Notes under the pieces: generated by a model
Database searches by the model: none
Seen by the model: only the letters and a program-made list of their open reading frames with translations
What the model was told of the DNA's origin: nothing
Origin: a virus
Lineage: Duplodnaviria; Caudoviricetes
Length of the DNA: 64,000 bases
Virus record (IMG/VR): IMGVR_UViG_3300037478_000223
Coordinates: 9,147-73,146 of that record
Reading direction: 5' to 3' (one strand)
Shown: positions 54,502-62,527 of the stretch, one piece after another
How the letters are laid out: each line of letters starts with the position of its first letter
Numbering within the stretch: the first letter of the stretch is position 1
Program-made: the position numbers and the translations under genes

Positions 54502-55023
54502 ACCATCACGACCGGCTCCACCCACCTCATCGGCCCCAAGACCGCCACGGACCGCCTCTACCGCGTGACCGACGTCGAAGAGCGGCGCCCCTTCGGCGTC
54601 AAGCGGTACACGGCCGTCACGATCGTCCGCATCACCGATGACACCACATGGCAGGTGTACGTGAAGCCCGATGCGAAGCGGATCCCCTGGAACGCGCGCC
54701 TGATGAGCGTGACCACCAACGACGACCGACTCAAGGCGATCGAGACCGCGAAGGCCGAGAACCGCGCCGCGAAGTTCGACAAGCTCACCGACATCCTTGC
54801 CGGTACCGCCGAACAGGAGTTGCACGCCAGCTACCAGGAGGACATGCAGCCCGTAGCCCTCAAAGTCTCCTACACGTGCAGCGGACACAAGTTCCGCGCG
54901 TGGATCACCGCCGACAACAGCTACGCGTGGAAGCACCACGGCATGAGCGCCTACGACAAGACCACAGACGTGACCGTTCTGACGATGGCATTCGCGCGCT
55001 GGTGCGGATCGCGCTCAGCCTGA
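54499..55023 (+). CDS. Hypothetical protein (cassette 3 cargo)
   Basis: AGGAGG RBS. Confidence 0.75.
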   Translation: MTITTGSTHLIGPKTATDRLYRVTDVEERRPFGVKRYTAVTIVRITDDTTWQVYVKPDAKRIPWNARLMSVTTNDDRLKAIETAKAENRAAKFDKLTDILAGTAEQELHASYQEDMQPVALKVSYTCSGHKFRAWITADNSYAWKHHGMSAYDKTTDVTVLTMAFARWCGSRSA

Positions 55024-55059
55024 CCACCAACACCGCCGAGAAGACCTGACAGTCACTCC

Positions 55060-55094
55060 GGCCCGCGAACGCCCCACACCGGCGCTCGCGGGCC
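55060..55094. terminator. Hairpin, near-copy of the one at 51525-51557
   Basis: GCCCGCGAACGCC...GGCGCTCGCGGGC at both sites. Confidence 0.65.
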
Positions 55095-55135
55095 CTGGTG
55101 TCCGGCAGGCCAGCCACGAGAGGAACACTCCCATC

Positions 55136-55390
55136 ATGAACACCGGCAGCATGCTCCACGGGCACGCCATCATGACCGACTCACGAACTGTCGTCGCCAC
55201 CTGTGAATGCGATCCAGACGACATCCGCTTCACCTGGAACACCCGCGAGGAAGACCACGCCCGCCACGTCATGGCCGTCATCTGGGACCAGGGAGCACAG
55301 CACGTCGCCAAGGCGGCGGTCATCCTCGGCGCACCGGCAGACCTCCCCGATTGGACCAAGGCACACAACCCCTACCGTCAGGAGAACTAG
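55136..55390 (+). CDS. Hypothetical protein (WDQG...NPY motif)
   Basis: GAGGA RBS. Confidence 0.6.
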   Translation: MNTGSMLHGHAIMTDSRTVVATCECDPDDIRFTWNTREEDHARHVMAVIWDQGAQHVAKAAVILGAPADLPDWTKAHNPYRQEN

Positions 55391-55392
55391 CG

Positions 55393-55737
55393 ATGACTAC
55401 ATACACCGACCGGGACCGCGTTCGTGTCATCTCGGATGAGAAGACATGGGAGAACGCCCTACGCGAAGCGACGTTCGTCACCGTGGTCACCAGGGACCCA
55501 CGAGTCGTCGCCGCCCGAATGCCCGAGGGACGCTACATCGTCGGCCGGATCATCGGCCCACACACCGCGAAGTCTGCGACAGACGTCTTCCCCGAAGATC
55601 ACGACATGGTGCAGATGTCCCCGATCATCACCCACGGCGCCGAACTCATCATGACCCAAGACCCTGACGCACCGGACGGCCTGACCATCCGATGGAAGGG
55701 ACTCACCCCCGACGACACGAAGGAGACAAGCTCGTGA
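55393..55737 (+). CDS. Hypothetical protein
   Basis: AGGAGA RBS. Confidence 0.6.
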   Translation: MTTYTDRDRVRVISDEKTWENALREATFVTVVTRDPRVVAARMPEGRYIVGRIIGPHTAKSATDVFPEDHDMVQMSPIITHGAELIMTQDPDAPDGLTIRWKGLTPDDTKETSS

Positions 55738-56249
55738 GCACGCTCACCGAAGAAGGCGCGAACGCCGGATGGCTGCGCATGACGCGGCACGCCCTCGGCC
55801 TCACCGTCGAAGACCTCGCGTTCATCCTGGACGTCAACCGCGACCACATCCGCAAGGTATGGGAACGCGGCATCGCCCCCCTCCCGCCCGGAGTCGTCGC
55901 AGAGGTGGAACGGTTCGTGGACTTCACCGACACCATCGTTGACGTTCTATGCGCCCGCGCCGAACGCACCGAACAGCCCGCGATCGTCGTATATGGCAGC
56001 CCGGCCGACATCCCCCCAACCCACATCGCATCAGCGTACGGTCACGACTGGTGGGACCACATCGCATTCAGCGTGGCCCGCAAGGTGGCTGACGTCTATA
56101 TCGGAACCGCACGCGACGTAGCCGACGTCTACGCCATCCCGAACCCCGCCGACGTCCACGCACACCCGGGCGTCCTACACATCCCAGCGACCGGCGACGA
56201 AGCGGCACGTCGCATCGCCCGGCGCCGCAATGAGGTGCCCACGCCATGA
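55734..56249 (+). CDS. XRE-type HTH protein, DUF1870/Aca2-YdiL-like
   Basis: LRMTRHALGLTVEDLAFILDVNRDHIRKVWERGIAPLPPGV. Confidence 0.7.
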   Translation: MSTLTEEGANAGWLRMTRHALGLTVEDLAFILDVNRDHIRKVWERGIAPLPPGVVAEVERFVDFTDTIVDVLCARAERTEQPAIVVYGSPADIPPTHIASAYGHDWWDHIAFSVARKVADVYIGTARDVADVYAIPNPADVHAHPGVLHIPATGDEAARRIARRRNEVPTP

Positions 56250-56719
56250 CGGACACATACCCCCACGACCGAGCGATGATCACGTTCCTTACCGCCCGGC
56301 TGGACGATGAGGAACGGATCGCGTTCGCCGCTTCCGGCGCGCCATGGTCAGCCGCCGTAGACGGCATGATCCACGTGTCAGCCCAGGCCATTCGAGAGGA
56401 CAAGATCAGATTCGGACGCCTGGGATACGTCGCCACCGTGGGACGCGAGGAAGACCGCCAGCACATCGCCCACCACCACCCCGCCCACGTTCTGGCGGAC
56501 ATCGCATGGAAACGCGAACTCCTGGCGCTCGCTGCCACTGTCATGGCTTCCGCCGACTGCTCCGACACCAGCGAATCCACGCGCGAAATCGGTCGCGCCT
56601 ACGTCGCAACCTTCCTCCACCACACCGTCAAGAGCATGACCCGCGCCTACAGAGACCACCCGGACTACCAGCCCGAGTGGCACAACACCCGCCACCAGAC
56701 AGACAGGAACCAGACGTGA
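56246..56719 (+). CDS. DUF6221-like protein
   Basis: FLTARLDDEE...HHPAHVLADIAWKRELL...YRDHPDYQPEW. Confidence 0.75.
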   Translation: MTDTYPHDRAMITFLTARLDDEERIAFAASGAPWSAAVDGMIHVSAQAIREDKIRFGRLGYVATVGREEDRQHIAHHHPAHVLADIAWKRELLALAATVMASADCSDTSESTREIGRAYVATFLHHTVKSMTRAYRDHPDYQPEWHNTRHQTDRNQT

Positions 56720-56874
56720 GCCTGAACGCGGATGCCTTCGACATGCTCTACTGCGACAGTGCGGGATGCCGCGTGAACACCTTCGAGCGCGGCGGAGGCG
56801 GGGAAGGTGACTGGAGCGACCGGTTCGCGGGCCGATGCCCCGGGTGCGGACAGCCCGGAAAGCCTGTCTCATGA
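56716..56874 (+). CDS. Small zinc-finger protein
   Basis: CDSAGC and CPGC; GTGA coupling. Confidence 0.5.
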   Translation: MSLNADAFDMLYCDSAGCRVNTFERGGGGEGDWSDRFAGRCPGCGQPGKPVS

Positions 56875-57110
56875 CCACCATGACCGACCAGCTCATGAGC
56901 CCCTTGGACGCCCGTGAGATTGCACGGGCAGCCAATGCCGCCTCCGCCGCGCTCGACAGGCTTGCAGACGCCGTGCGGCGCCTGAGCGAGGCCATCGGGG
57001 AACGCCGGGCATCCGTCCGGCTGCAACCCGGCGCCGATGGCATGCCGGTGTGGCACTGGGAGGCGGACCCGGGCGACCTCAACCCGGTCAGGAAACCGGG
57101 AAACCTGTGA
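56871..57110 (+). CDS. Hypothetical protein
   Basis: ATGA coupling. Confidence 0.5.
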   Translation: MTTMTDQLMSPLDAREIARAANAASAALDRLADAVRRLSEAIGERRASVRLQPGADGMPVWHWEADPGDLNPVRKPGNL

Positions 57111-57134
57111 TGCTGGGCTGCCTGCAACCCGTTC

Positions 57135-57232
57135 GCAACTCCCGGGTTGCACACGCGCTCGAATGTGTGTAACGTAGTGCTCACGAGGTCAGGGGAACGG
57201 CCCCAACCCGAACCGGCCAGGAGGTCACCATG
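57135..57232 (+). promoter_or_regulatory. Operator-promoter (TTGCAC-17-TAACGT) plus long leader, cassette 4
   Basis: Perfect operator; homologous leader. Confidence 0.9.
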
Positions 57233-57460
57233 AAGAACAACACCACCACCGCACCCATCGCCGCTGACCTCAAGCCGGGCGACGTGGTCCAGTACGACAA
57301 GCGCAACGACTGGAAGATCATCGAGATCATCTCCACCACGGCCAAGACCATCACGGTACGCATCGAGTACATGCGATTCGACTTCATCGGCGGTGAACAG
57401 CGCTTGGGGACGCAGGAGACGCGCACGTTCCGCAAGGCGACCAGCATCACCCTGATCTGA
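57230..57460 (+). CDS. Small SH3-like beta protein (cassette 4 cargo)
   Basis: AADLKPGDVV...WKIIEI pattern. Confidence 0.7.
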   Translation: MKNNTTTAPIAADLKPGDVVQYDKRNDWKIIEIISTTAKTITVRIEYMRFDFIGGEQRLGTQETRTFRKATSITLI

Positions 57461-57468
57461 ACCACCCC

Positions 57469-57494
57469 GAGCCGGGCCCACAAGGGCCCGGCTC
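57469..57494. terminator. 11-bp stem hairpin, near-copy of 58469-58497
   Basis: GAGCCGGGCCC-ACAA-GGGCCCGGCTC. Confidence 0.7.
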
Positions 57495-57518
57495 ACACAC
57501 GAGAAAGGACGCACCGCC

Positions 57519-58133
57519 ATGAAGTACACGATTGCTGGCCTCGCCGCGATGCACCAGATGTCCACCGAACGCGTTCGCTGGGCACTGTCGTTCCCGAACA
57601 AGGTCGTGAGCGATCCAATCTGCCCGGACGCGGAAGAAGTCACCATGACACCAGCAGAAAACATCCTGCTCGCCCAGATGGCGCAGTACTGGCGCGACGC
57701 TGACGCACAGTCCGGCGGTGAGGTACTGCATTGGCTTTCGCGGCCACCAGTCGCCCTGGAGTGGGACCTGGTGCACGCCCAGGGTGGCGAGCGCGACGCG
57801 GAAGCGCGTCGGCTCGGCTACCGCGTGGCCCTGTCGCAGTGGCTTGCGCACAGCCGCGCCGTCCCGCTTGAAGGGGCGCTCGTGTCGATGGATTACGACG
57901 GCGCGCCCTGGCACGTCGTCCGCTCAGTCGAATGGAAGATGTATCCCCCGCGCGTCAACACCACGATGCCCGAAGGCGTCCTTGTCACCTTCGACGCCCC
58001 GGCCGATGCGCCTACGTGGCAAAGGATCTGGAATATGGACATCATCACGAACGTCCGCATGCGCGTCACTGGGACAGACGCACTGATCCTGGAACGTGCG
58101 GGTTGCGCATCCGCCCGGATGTGTGTAACGTAG
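57519..58133 (+). CDS. Hypothetical protein (possible N-terminal HTH-like segment)
   Basis: GAAAGGA RBS; 3' end runs through next promoter. Confidence 0.55.
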   Translation: MKYTIAGLAAMHQMSTERVRWALSFPNKVVSDPICPDAEEVTMTPAENILLAQMAQYWRDADAQSGGEVLHWLSRPPVALEWDLVHAQGGERDAEARRLGYRVALSQWLAHSRAVPLEGALVSMDYDGAPWHVVRSVEWKMYPPRVNTTMPEGVLVTFDAPADAPTWQRIWNMDIITNVRMRVTGTDALILERAGCASARMCVT

Positions 58134-58188
58134 TTCTCGCGAGGTCAGGGGAACAGCCCCAACCCGAACAGACCCGGAGGTCACCATG
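58091..58188 (+). promoter_or_regulatory. Operator-promoter (TTGCGC-17-TAACGT) plus long leader, cassette 5
   Basis: GGAAC-N6-GTTGC; homologous leader. Confidence 0.85.
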
Positions 58189-58458
58189 GCTCAGATGACG
58201 GACATCCTCGGCACCACCGCCAAGTTCGCCAACATCACCCAGGTTTCCACCTTCCCCACCGGCGACAAGATCATCCTGGGCACCCTGGCCTCTGGCGCCT
58301 GGGGCATCGCGGTCAAGGCCCGTAACTACGGCTACGCGGTCCTGTGGACCCGCGAGACCGAGGGCGACGCCCGCCAGGTCGCCAACCAGGCATGGACCGC
58401 CACCAAGGACCAGAACGGAAACGTCACCTACGGCGGCCCGGGTTACCCCCGCCGCTGA
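58186..58458 (+). CDS. Hypothetical protein (cassette 5 cargo)
   Basis: GGAGG RBS. Confidence 0.75.
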   Translation: MAQMTDILGTTAKFANITQVSTFPTGDKIILGTLASGAWGIAVKARNYGYAVLWTRETEGDARQVANQAWTATKDQNGNVTYGGPGYPRR

Positions 58459-58517
58459 CCACCCACACGAGCCGGGCCCCCACACGGGGTCCGGCTCCCT
58501 GCATGAGAGGGAACACC

Positions 58518-58826
58518 ATGGAGCGAAAGACGCTCGCAGAGCACACCGCAGACGTCCTACGGGAGCGCGGAGAGACCCGCGTGGACATCGGGGACCTTGA
58601 CGTCCTCGCAGAGGCTTACAGCCGCACAGGCGGCATCGTGGGCCACCCCCTGGACCGGAACCAGGCCGTGACACGCGCACTCGCCCACACCGTGTCCGGC
58701 AAGCGCCTGTTCCGCATCGCCGCGAAGACCGTCATGTATCCCGGGATCATCAACACACCCGTGAACGTGTTCGAGCTGCGCGACACCACCCGCGACACCG
58801 ACGAGACTGGAGACCATGAGCACTGA
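58518..58826 (+). CDS. Hypothetical protein
   Basis: GAGAGGGA RBS. Confidence 0.6.
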   Translation: MERKTLAEHTADVLRERGETRVDIGDLDVLAEAYSRTGGIVGHPLDRNQAVTRALAHTVSGKRLFRIAAKTVMYPGIINTPVNVFELRDTTRDTDETGDHEH

Positions 58827-59160
58827 AACCACCGACCAGACACCCACCACCGACACCCGTCCGTGGTGGGTGTCCTGGTACGCGAGCGGAGCGTTCACCT
58901 ACCACGGGCCATGGTGGATCACCGGATACGCCCCCGACGACGAAGGCTCGTACAGCATCAGCATCATCTGTGCCGCCGTCATGGCCGACAGCGCCCACAA
59001 CGCCCAGCAAGTCATCTGGGACGCACACGACGACCCGGCAGACGGATTCGACGGATGGCGCATGACCGACCCGTGCGAACCTGGTTGGGAACCGTTCGCA
59101 GACCGGTTCCCCCGTGCGGAGTGGATGCGCTGGCCGTGGCCCCAGGTTGACGCGTCATGA
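58816..59160 (+). CDS. Trp-rich hypothetical protein
   Basis: GGAGA RBS; coupled. Confidence 0.6.
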   Translation: MSTETTDQTPTTDTRPWWVSWYASGAFTYHGPWWITGYAPDDEGSYSISIICAAVMADSAHNAQQVIWDAHDDPADGFDGWRMTDPCEPGWEPFADRFPRAEWMRWPWPQVDAS

Positions 59161-59495
59161 CGCGTCTACGGCTCGTTGTCGAAGCCGACCACGCACCCAT
59201 CACCGACGACGCCGAAGCCTCCGAAGAGCTAAACCAGCACTGGCGCACAGCCCGGCGCGCGTATGGCGACATCGTCCGCCTCATGGGAACCGAGCGCATG
59301 CGATGGCTCATCACCGGTCCATCGGGCCCGCTCTCACAACGAAGGTTCGAGCAGTTCGAACACGACGCACGCGCCCTCGCGCAAGCCGCGACGGCGCTCG
59401 CGGACGTGACACACCGATCAGTCCTGGTATTCCAGCGTCGGGAGGAAGCCCAGAAACTCCAGAGCACCGAGGAAGACAGCAAGCCCGATGCCTGA
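59157..59495 (+). CDS. Hypothetical protein
   Basis: ATGA coupling. Confidence 0.55.
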   Translation: MTRLRLVVEADHAPITDDAEASEELNQHWRTARRAYGDIVRLMGTERMRWLITGPSGPLSQRRFEQFEHDARALAQAATALADVTHRSVLVFQRREEAQKLQSTEEDSKPDA

Positions 59496-59862
59496 GATCG
59501 TCTTAACCCATCACGATCTACCGCCACGGTGGGACGGCTGGCCGGTCAACTGGAACGGGTGGGGATGGGCAGGGGTCATCCTGTGTCAGCCACGCCGGGC
59601 AGGCGGACCGCTGCCGGACGTGTGCGACAAGTGCGGGAACGTCGCGGAGCAGCCAGTCAACCGGGGCGAAGCACAGCCCGAGCGACCCAACGGCCGCCGC
59701 ATCCTGCTGATCGCGTTCCGCTGCCCCAGATGCCGCCACGACATCGTGTGCTCTGGCTCGCAGTGGTGGGACCTGGAACCTGCTGACTACCTGGACGCTG
59801 GGAGCACTGACCCGACATCCGGTAGCAACGCTCAGGTTGCACAACCAACGAAAGGTGTGTAA
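59488..59862 (+). CDS. Zinc-finger hypothetical protein (CDKC, CPRC)
   Basis: Motifs; stop is TAA of next -10. Confidence 0.55.
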   Translation: MPEIVLTHHDLPPRWDGWPVNWNGWGWAGVILCQPRRAGGPLPDVCDKCGNVAEQPVNRGEAQPERPNGRRILLIAFRCPRCRHDIVCSGSQWWDLEPADYLDAGSTDPTSGSNAQVAQPTKGV

Positions 59863-59865
59863 CGT
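59825..59865 (+). promoter_or_regulatory. Operator-promoter GCAAC-N6-GTTGC, TTGCAC-17-TAACGT
   Basis: Direct sequence match. Confidence 0.85.
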
Positions 59866-59905
59866 AGTGGTTGTCAGGTCGGGAACACAACCACGGAGGA
59901 ACACC

Positions 59906-60103
59906 ATGGCAACTCAGACCACCGCCTACGTAGACTGCCACCACTGCCCCGAGACCCACATCGCTGAGCCCGCCGGTAAGACCACTTTCGGAAACCGTGA
60001 CCGATTCGCCGTGGTGTGCGACGACTACACGGACTACTACACCGATGAGGTTGTCTACCACCTCGAAGAGCCGGTGGAAGACCTCGGAATCGACCTGCGC
60101 TGA
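59906..60103 (+). CDS. Small hypothetical protein
   Basis: GGAGGA RBS after promoter. Confidence 0.7.
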   Translation: MATQTTAYVDCHHCPETHIAEPAGKTTFGNRDRFAVVCDDYTDYYTDEVVYHLEEPVEDLGIDLR

Positions 60104-60183
60104 CCACACCACCCGGCCCCGCCGCGACACCAGGAACACCCTTCCTGGCGCTCGCGGCGGGGCATTCTCATACCCTGACCATC

Positions 60184-60543
60184 ATGCAGATCGTCATAGA
60201 CACCAGCGAGCCACTGAACGGCACTGACTATGCCGTCCTGGCCGCGATCCTCGAACGCATCCCCCACCCCGACATCCCGGGCCCGGCACGCTCCGCACGC
60301 CCGGAGCCCGGCCAGGGACACACGCCGATCCAGACCAGCCCGGCACCGGCCCGACCCGGTACCGCACCGGCGCCCGGCGCCCGCCCGGTATTCGACCCAG
60401 CCAACCCGCTTCCGTCGTTCAGCGCTCGCGCCCAGATCGCGAATCAGCCGGGCGTCACCATCACCCCCACACTGACGGACAACGAGCCCACGAGCGACGA
60501 CACGACACCACCGCGCACGGAAGACCCGCAACCCGAGGGTTAA
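60184..60543 (+). CDS. Pro-rich low-complexity protein
   Basis: ORF in co-oriented run. Confidence 0.5.
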   Translation: MQIVIDTSEPLNGTDYAVLAAILERIPHPDIPGPARSARPEPGQGHTPIQTSPAPARPGTAPAPGARPVFDPANPLPSFSARAQIANQPGVTITPTLTDNEPTSDDTTPPRTEDPQPEG

Positions 60544-60552
60544 ACTCCGAAA

Positions 60553-60999
60553 ATGGCCACGAGCACCAGTGAGGCACCATTGAATGAATTCGTGAACGCG
60601 CGGGTCCCGTACCGCGTCCGACCTCTGAACCCGGACGGCACACGCGACGAACAACACTCGGCTGTCGTCACCGGGGAACACATGGTGCACCTCTCGGTCG
60701 AGTACCAGGAACAGGGAGCCGACGACGACCCCGGCAAGCCGCCGCCCGCTCACCTCAACCTGAGCGTTGATGGTCAAGACGCCCGAGACTGGGACCTGGA
60801 CGATTTCCGGTTCGAGTGCTGGCCACGCATCGTCACGAACCACCCCCGCGATGGAGACGAAACGGTCTACGGGTTCTTCAAGGTGCCCCACGTGCGCAAG
60901 GTCACTCAGGCTGATGGGACGTTCCTGGCCGTGATCCCTGACAGCAGGCACGCACTCTTCGTACTCGATACGACCGGCGACACGCCTGACTGGACGTGA
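60553..60999 (+). CDS. Hypothetical protein
   Basis: ORF in co-oriented run. Confidence 0.6.
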   Translation: MATSTSEAPLNEFVNARVPYRVRPLNPDGTRDEQHSAVVTGEHMVHLSVEYQEQGADDDPGKPPPAHLNLSVDGQDARDWDLDDFRFECWPRIVTNHPRDGDETVYGFFKVPHVRKVTQADGTFLAVIPDSRHALFVLDTTGDTPDWT

Positions 61000-61002
61000 C
61001 CC

Positions 61003-61839
61003 ATGCCCTACACGCCAGACGCGCCGGACATCGTCCTACCCTGCCGGAACGGGGACAACCCCGAACTCCGGTACGCCTTGCGGTCGATCGAACAGAATAT
61101 GCCCTACGGGCACATCTGGGTCATCGGCGCATGGCCGCAATGGCTCAAAGACAGCGACCATCTCAACTGCATCGCCCGCCCCAAGCAGCGCAACAAGTAC
61201 GCCACGACACGCGCTCACTACCGGTTCGCCTGCGGATTCCAGCGCATCAGCGATCCATGGGTCATGTGGAATGACGACTTCTTCCTGTTGCGCCCTATCG
61301 ACCAACTCACAACCATGCATTGGGGCCCCCTGGACAAGGCATGTGAACGGTTCGCCGACTGGAGATCCCGGTGGGCAAACGGCATGCGCGACACGGCAAG
61401 TCTCCTCAAGCGCATACAGCCCAGAGCCCGCCACCTCTGCTACGACCTCCACACCCCCCTCACCATCCACTCAGCCGCCATGCTGCACGCACTCGACCTC
61501 GGATCCCGCATCCCCGCCGCACACATCCGCACCCTGTACGGCAACCTCGCGAAGATCGGCGGCACATATCACTCAGACCCCAAGACCTACAGCACGCCAC
61601 ACAACCCCAAGACGTGGCTGTCAAGCCACGAATCAACGTTCGCCTCCGCCGTCCTACCCACCCTCCAACACCACGGACTCACCACCCCAGCCGCCTGGGA
61701 GAAACGAGGCATCCCAGACAAGGGCCTACGCACACCACCCCGAGCACGAAACAACCGCGCCCGGCAGCGACGCATGACCTATCGAGTGCTGCCAGACCCC
61801 ACCACCGGACGCCAACGCATCTACCGGGAGCCCGCATGA
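61003..61839 (+). CDS. Stealth-like glycosyl/hexose-phosphate transferase
   Basis: PDIV...ELRYALRSIEQNMP...IWVIG..P.WL and WNDDFFLLRP motifs. Confidence 0.7.
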   Translation: MPYTPDAPDIVLPCRNGDNPELRYALRSIEQNMPYGHIWVIGAWPQWLKDSDHLNCIARPKQRNKYATTRAHYRFACGFQRISDPWVMWNDDFFLLRPIDQLTTMHWGPLDKACERFADWRSRWANGMRDTASLLKRIQPRARHLCYDLHTPLTIHSAAMLHALDLGSRIPAAHIRTLYGNLAKIGGTYHSDPKTYSTPHNPKTWLSSHESTFASAVLPTLQHHGLTTPAAWEKRGIPDKGLRTPPRARNNRARQRRMTYRVLPDPTTGRQRIYREPA

Positions 61840-62174
61840 ACGCCACCACAGCAACCATCCTCCCTGCGCTCGCAGCCGTCCTATACGCCGTCGTGACCGG
61901 ACTGGCCTCCTACCGACTCTGGCGCCTGATCGGCCACGACGAGATCACAGAACCCTGGCTCTGGGGCCCCCTGCGCCGCAACCCCCACCCCGTATCCCAG
62001 TTCCTCGACACCCTGATCACGTGCGCATGGTGCCTGGGCTTCTGGATCAACGGCGCCATCACCACGGCGCTGTGGCTCTGGACGCCCATGTTCACGCACT
62101 GGTGGGAAGCAGCCATCTTGACGTTCGCTGGATCGGCTGTGACCGGCATCCTCGGATCACGGGACATGACGTGA
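61836..62174 (+). CDS. DUF1360-like membrane protein (holin candidate)
   Basis: Hand-translated: LASYRLWRLIGHDEIT...LITCAWCLGFW. Confidence 0.7.
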   Translation: MNATTATILPALAAVLYAVVTGLASYRLWRLIGHDEITEPWLWGPLRRNPHPVSQFLDTLITCAWCLGFWINGAITTALWLWTPMFTHWWEAAILTFAGSAVTGILGSRDMT

Positions 62175-62527
62175 CCAAGCGTGACGACAACGAGCCACAG
62201 TGCGCCCAAGAGATCGGAGTCGGGCAAGGACACCGGAGACAGTGCAGCAGGAAGGCCGTCGAAGACGGCTACTGCCGACAGCACGCGAACGATCCGCGCC
62301 GACAGGTCGAACGACGCATCATGCAGTTGCAAGACCTGGTGGCCGACTCCGTGCGCGCGCTCCACGAGGTGGTCAACGACGTCGAGCACAAGGACCGCGT
62401 CAAGGCGGCACAGATCGTGTTGGACCGAACCGGATACGGACCGGCGCACACGGTGAAGTTGGACGACTTGCGACGCGAGATTGAGGCAGAGCTTGACGAC
62501 GACGATGGAGGCCCCGAACCCGCTTGA
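62171..62527 (+). CDS. Probable terminase small subunit
   Basis: Immediately upstream of and overlapping terL; DRVKAAQIVLDRTG helix. Confidence 0.65.
   Translation: MTKRDDNEPQCAQEIGVGQGHRRQCSRKAVEDGYCRQHANDPRRQVERRIMQLQDLVADSVRALHEVVNDVEHKDRVKAAQIVLDRTGYGPAHTVKLDDLRREIEAELDDDDGGPEPA

Noticed and set aside
50150-58188. Dispersed near-identical repeats as a CRISPR array
   Set aside because: Copies are 0.8-3.4 kb apart, contain promoter and RBS, and flank genes; no cas genes
976-59865. Operator as an actinobacterial LexA/SOS box
   Set aside because: LexA box is TCGAAC-N4-GTTCGA; here the spacer is consistently N6 and the arms differ
976-59865. Resemblance of AAC-N6-GTT to type I restriction sites such as EcoKI (AAC-N6-GTGC)
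   Set aside because: Sites are palindromic and locked to promoter -35 positions; restriction sites would be avoided or randomly placed
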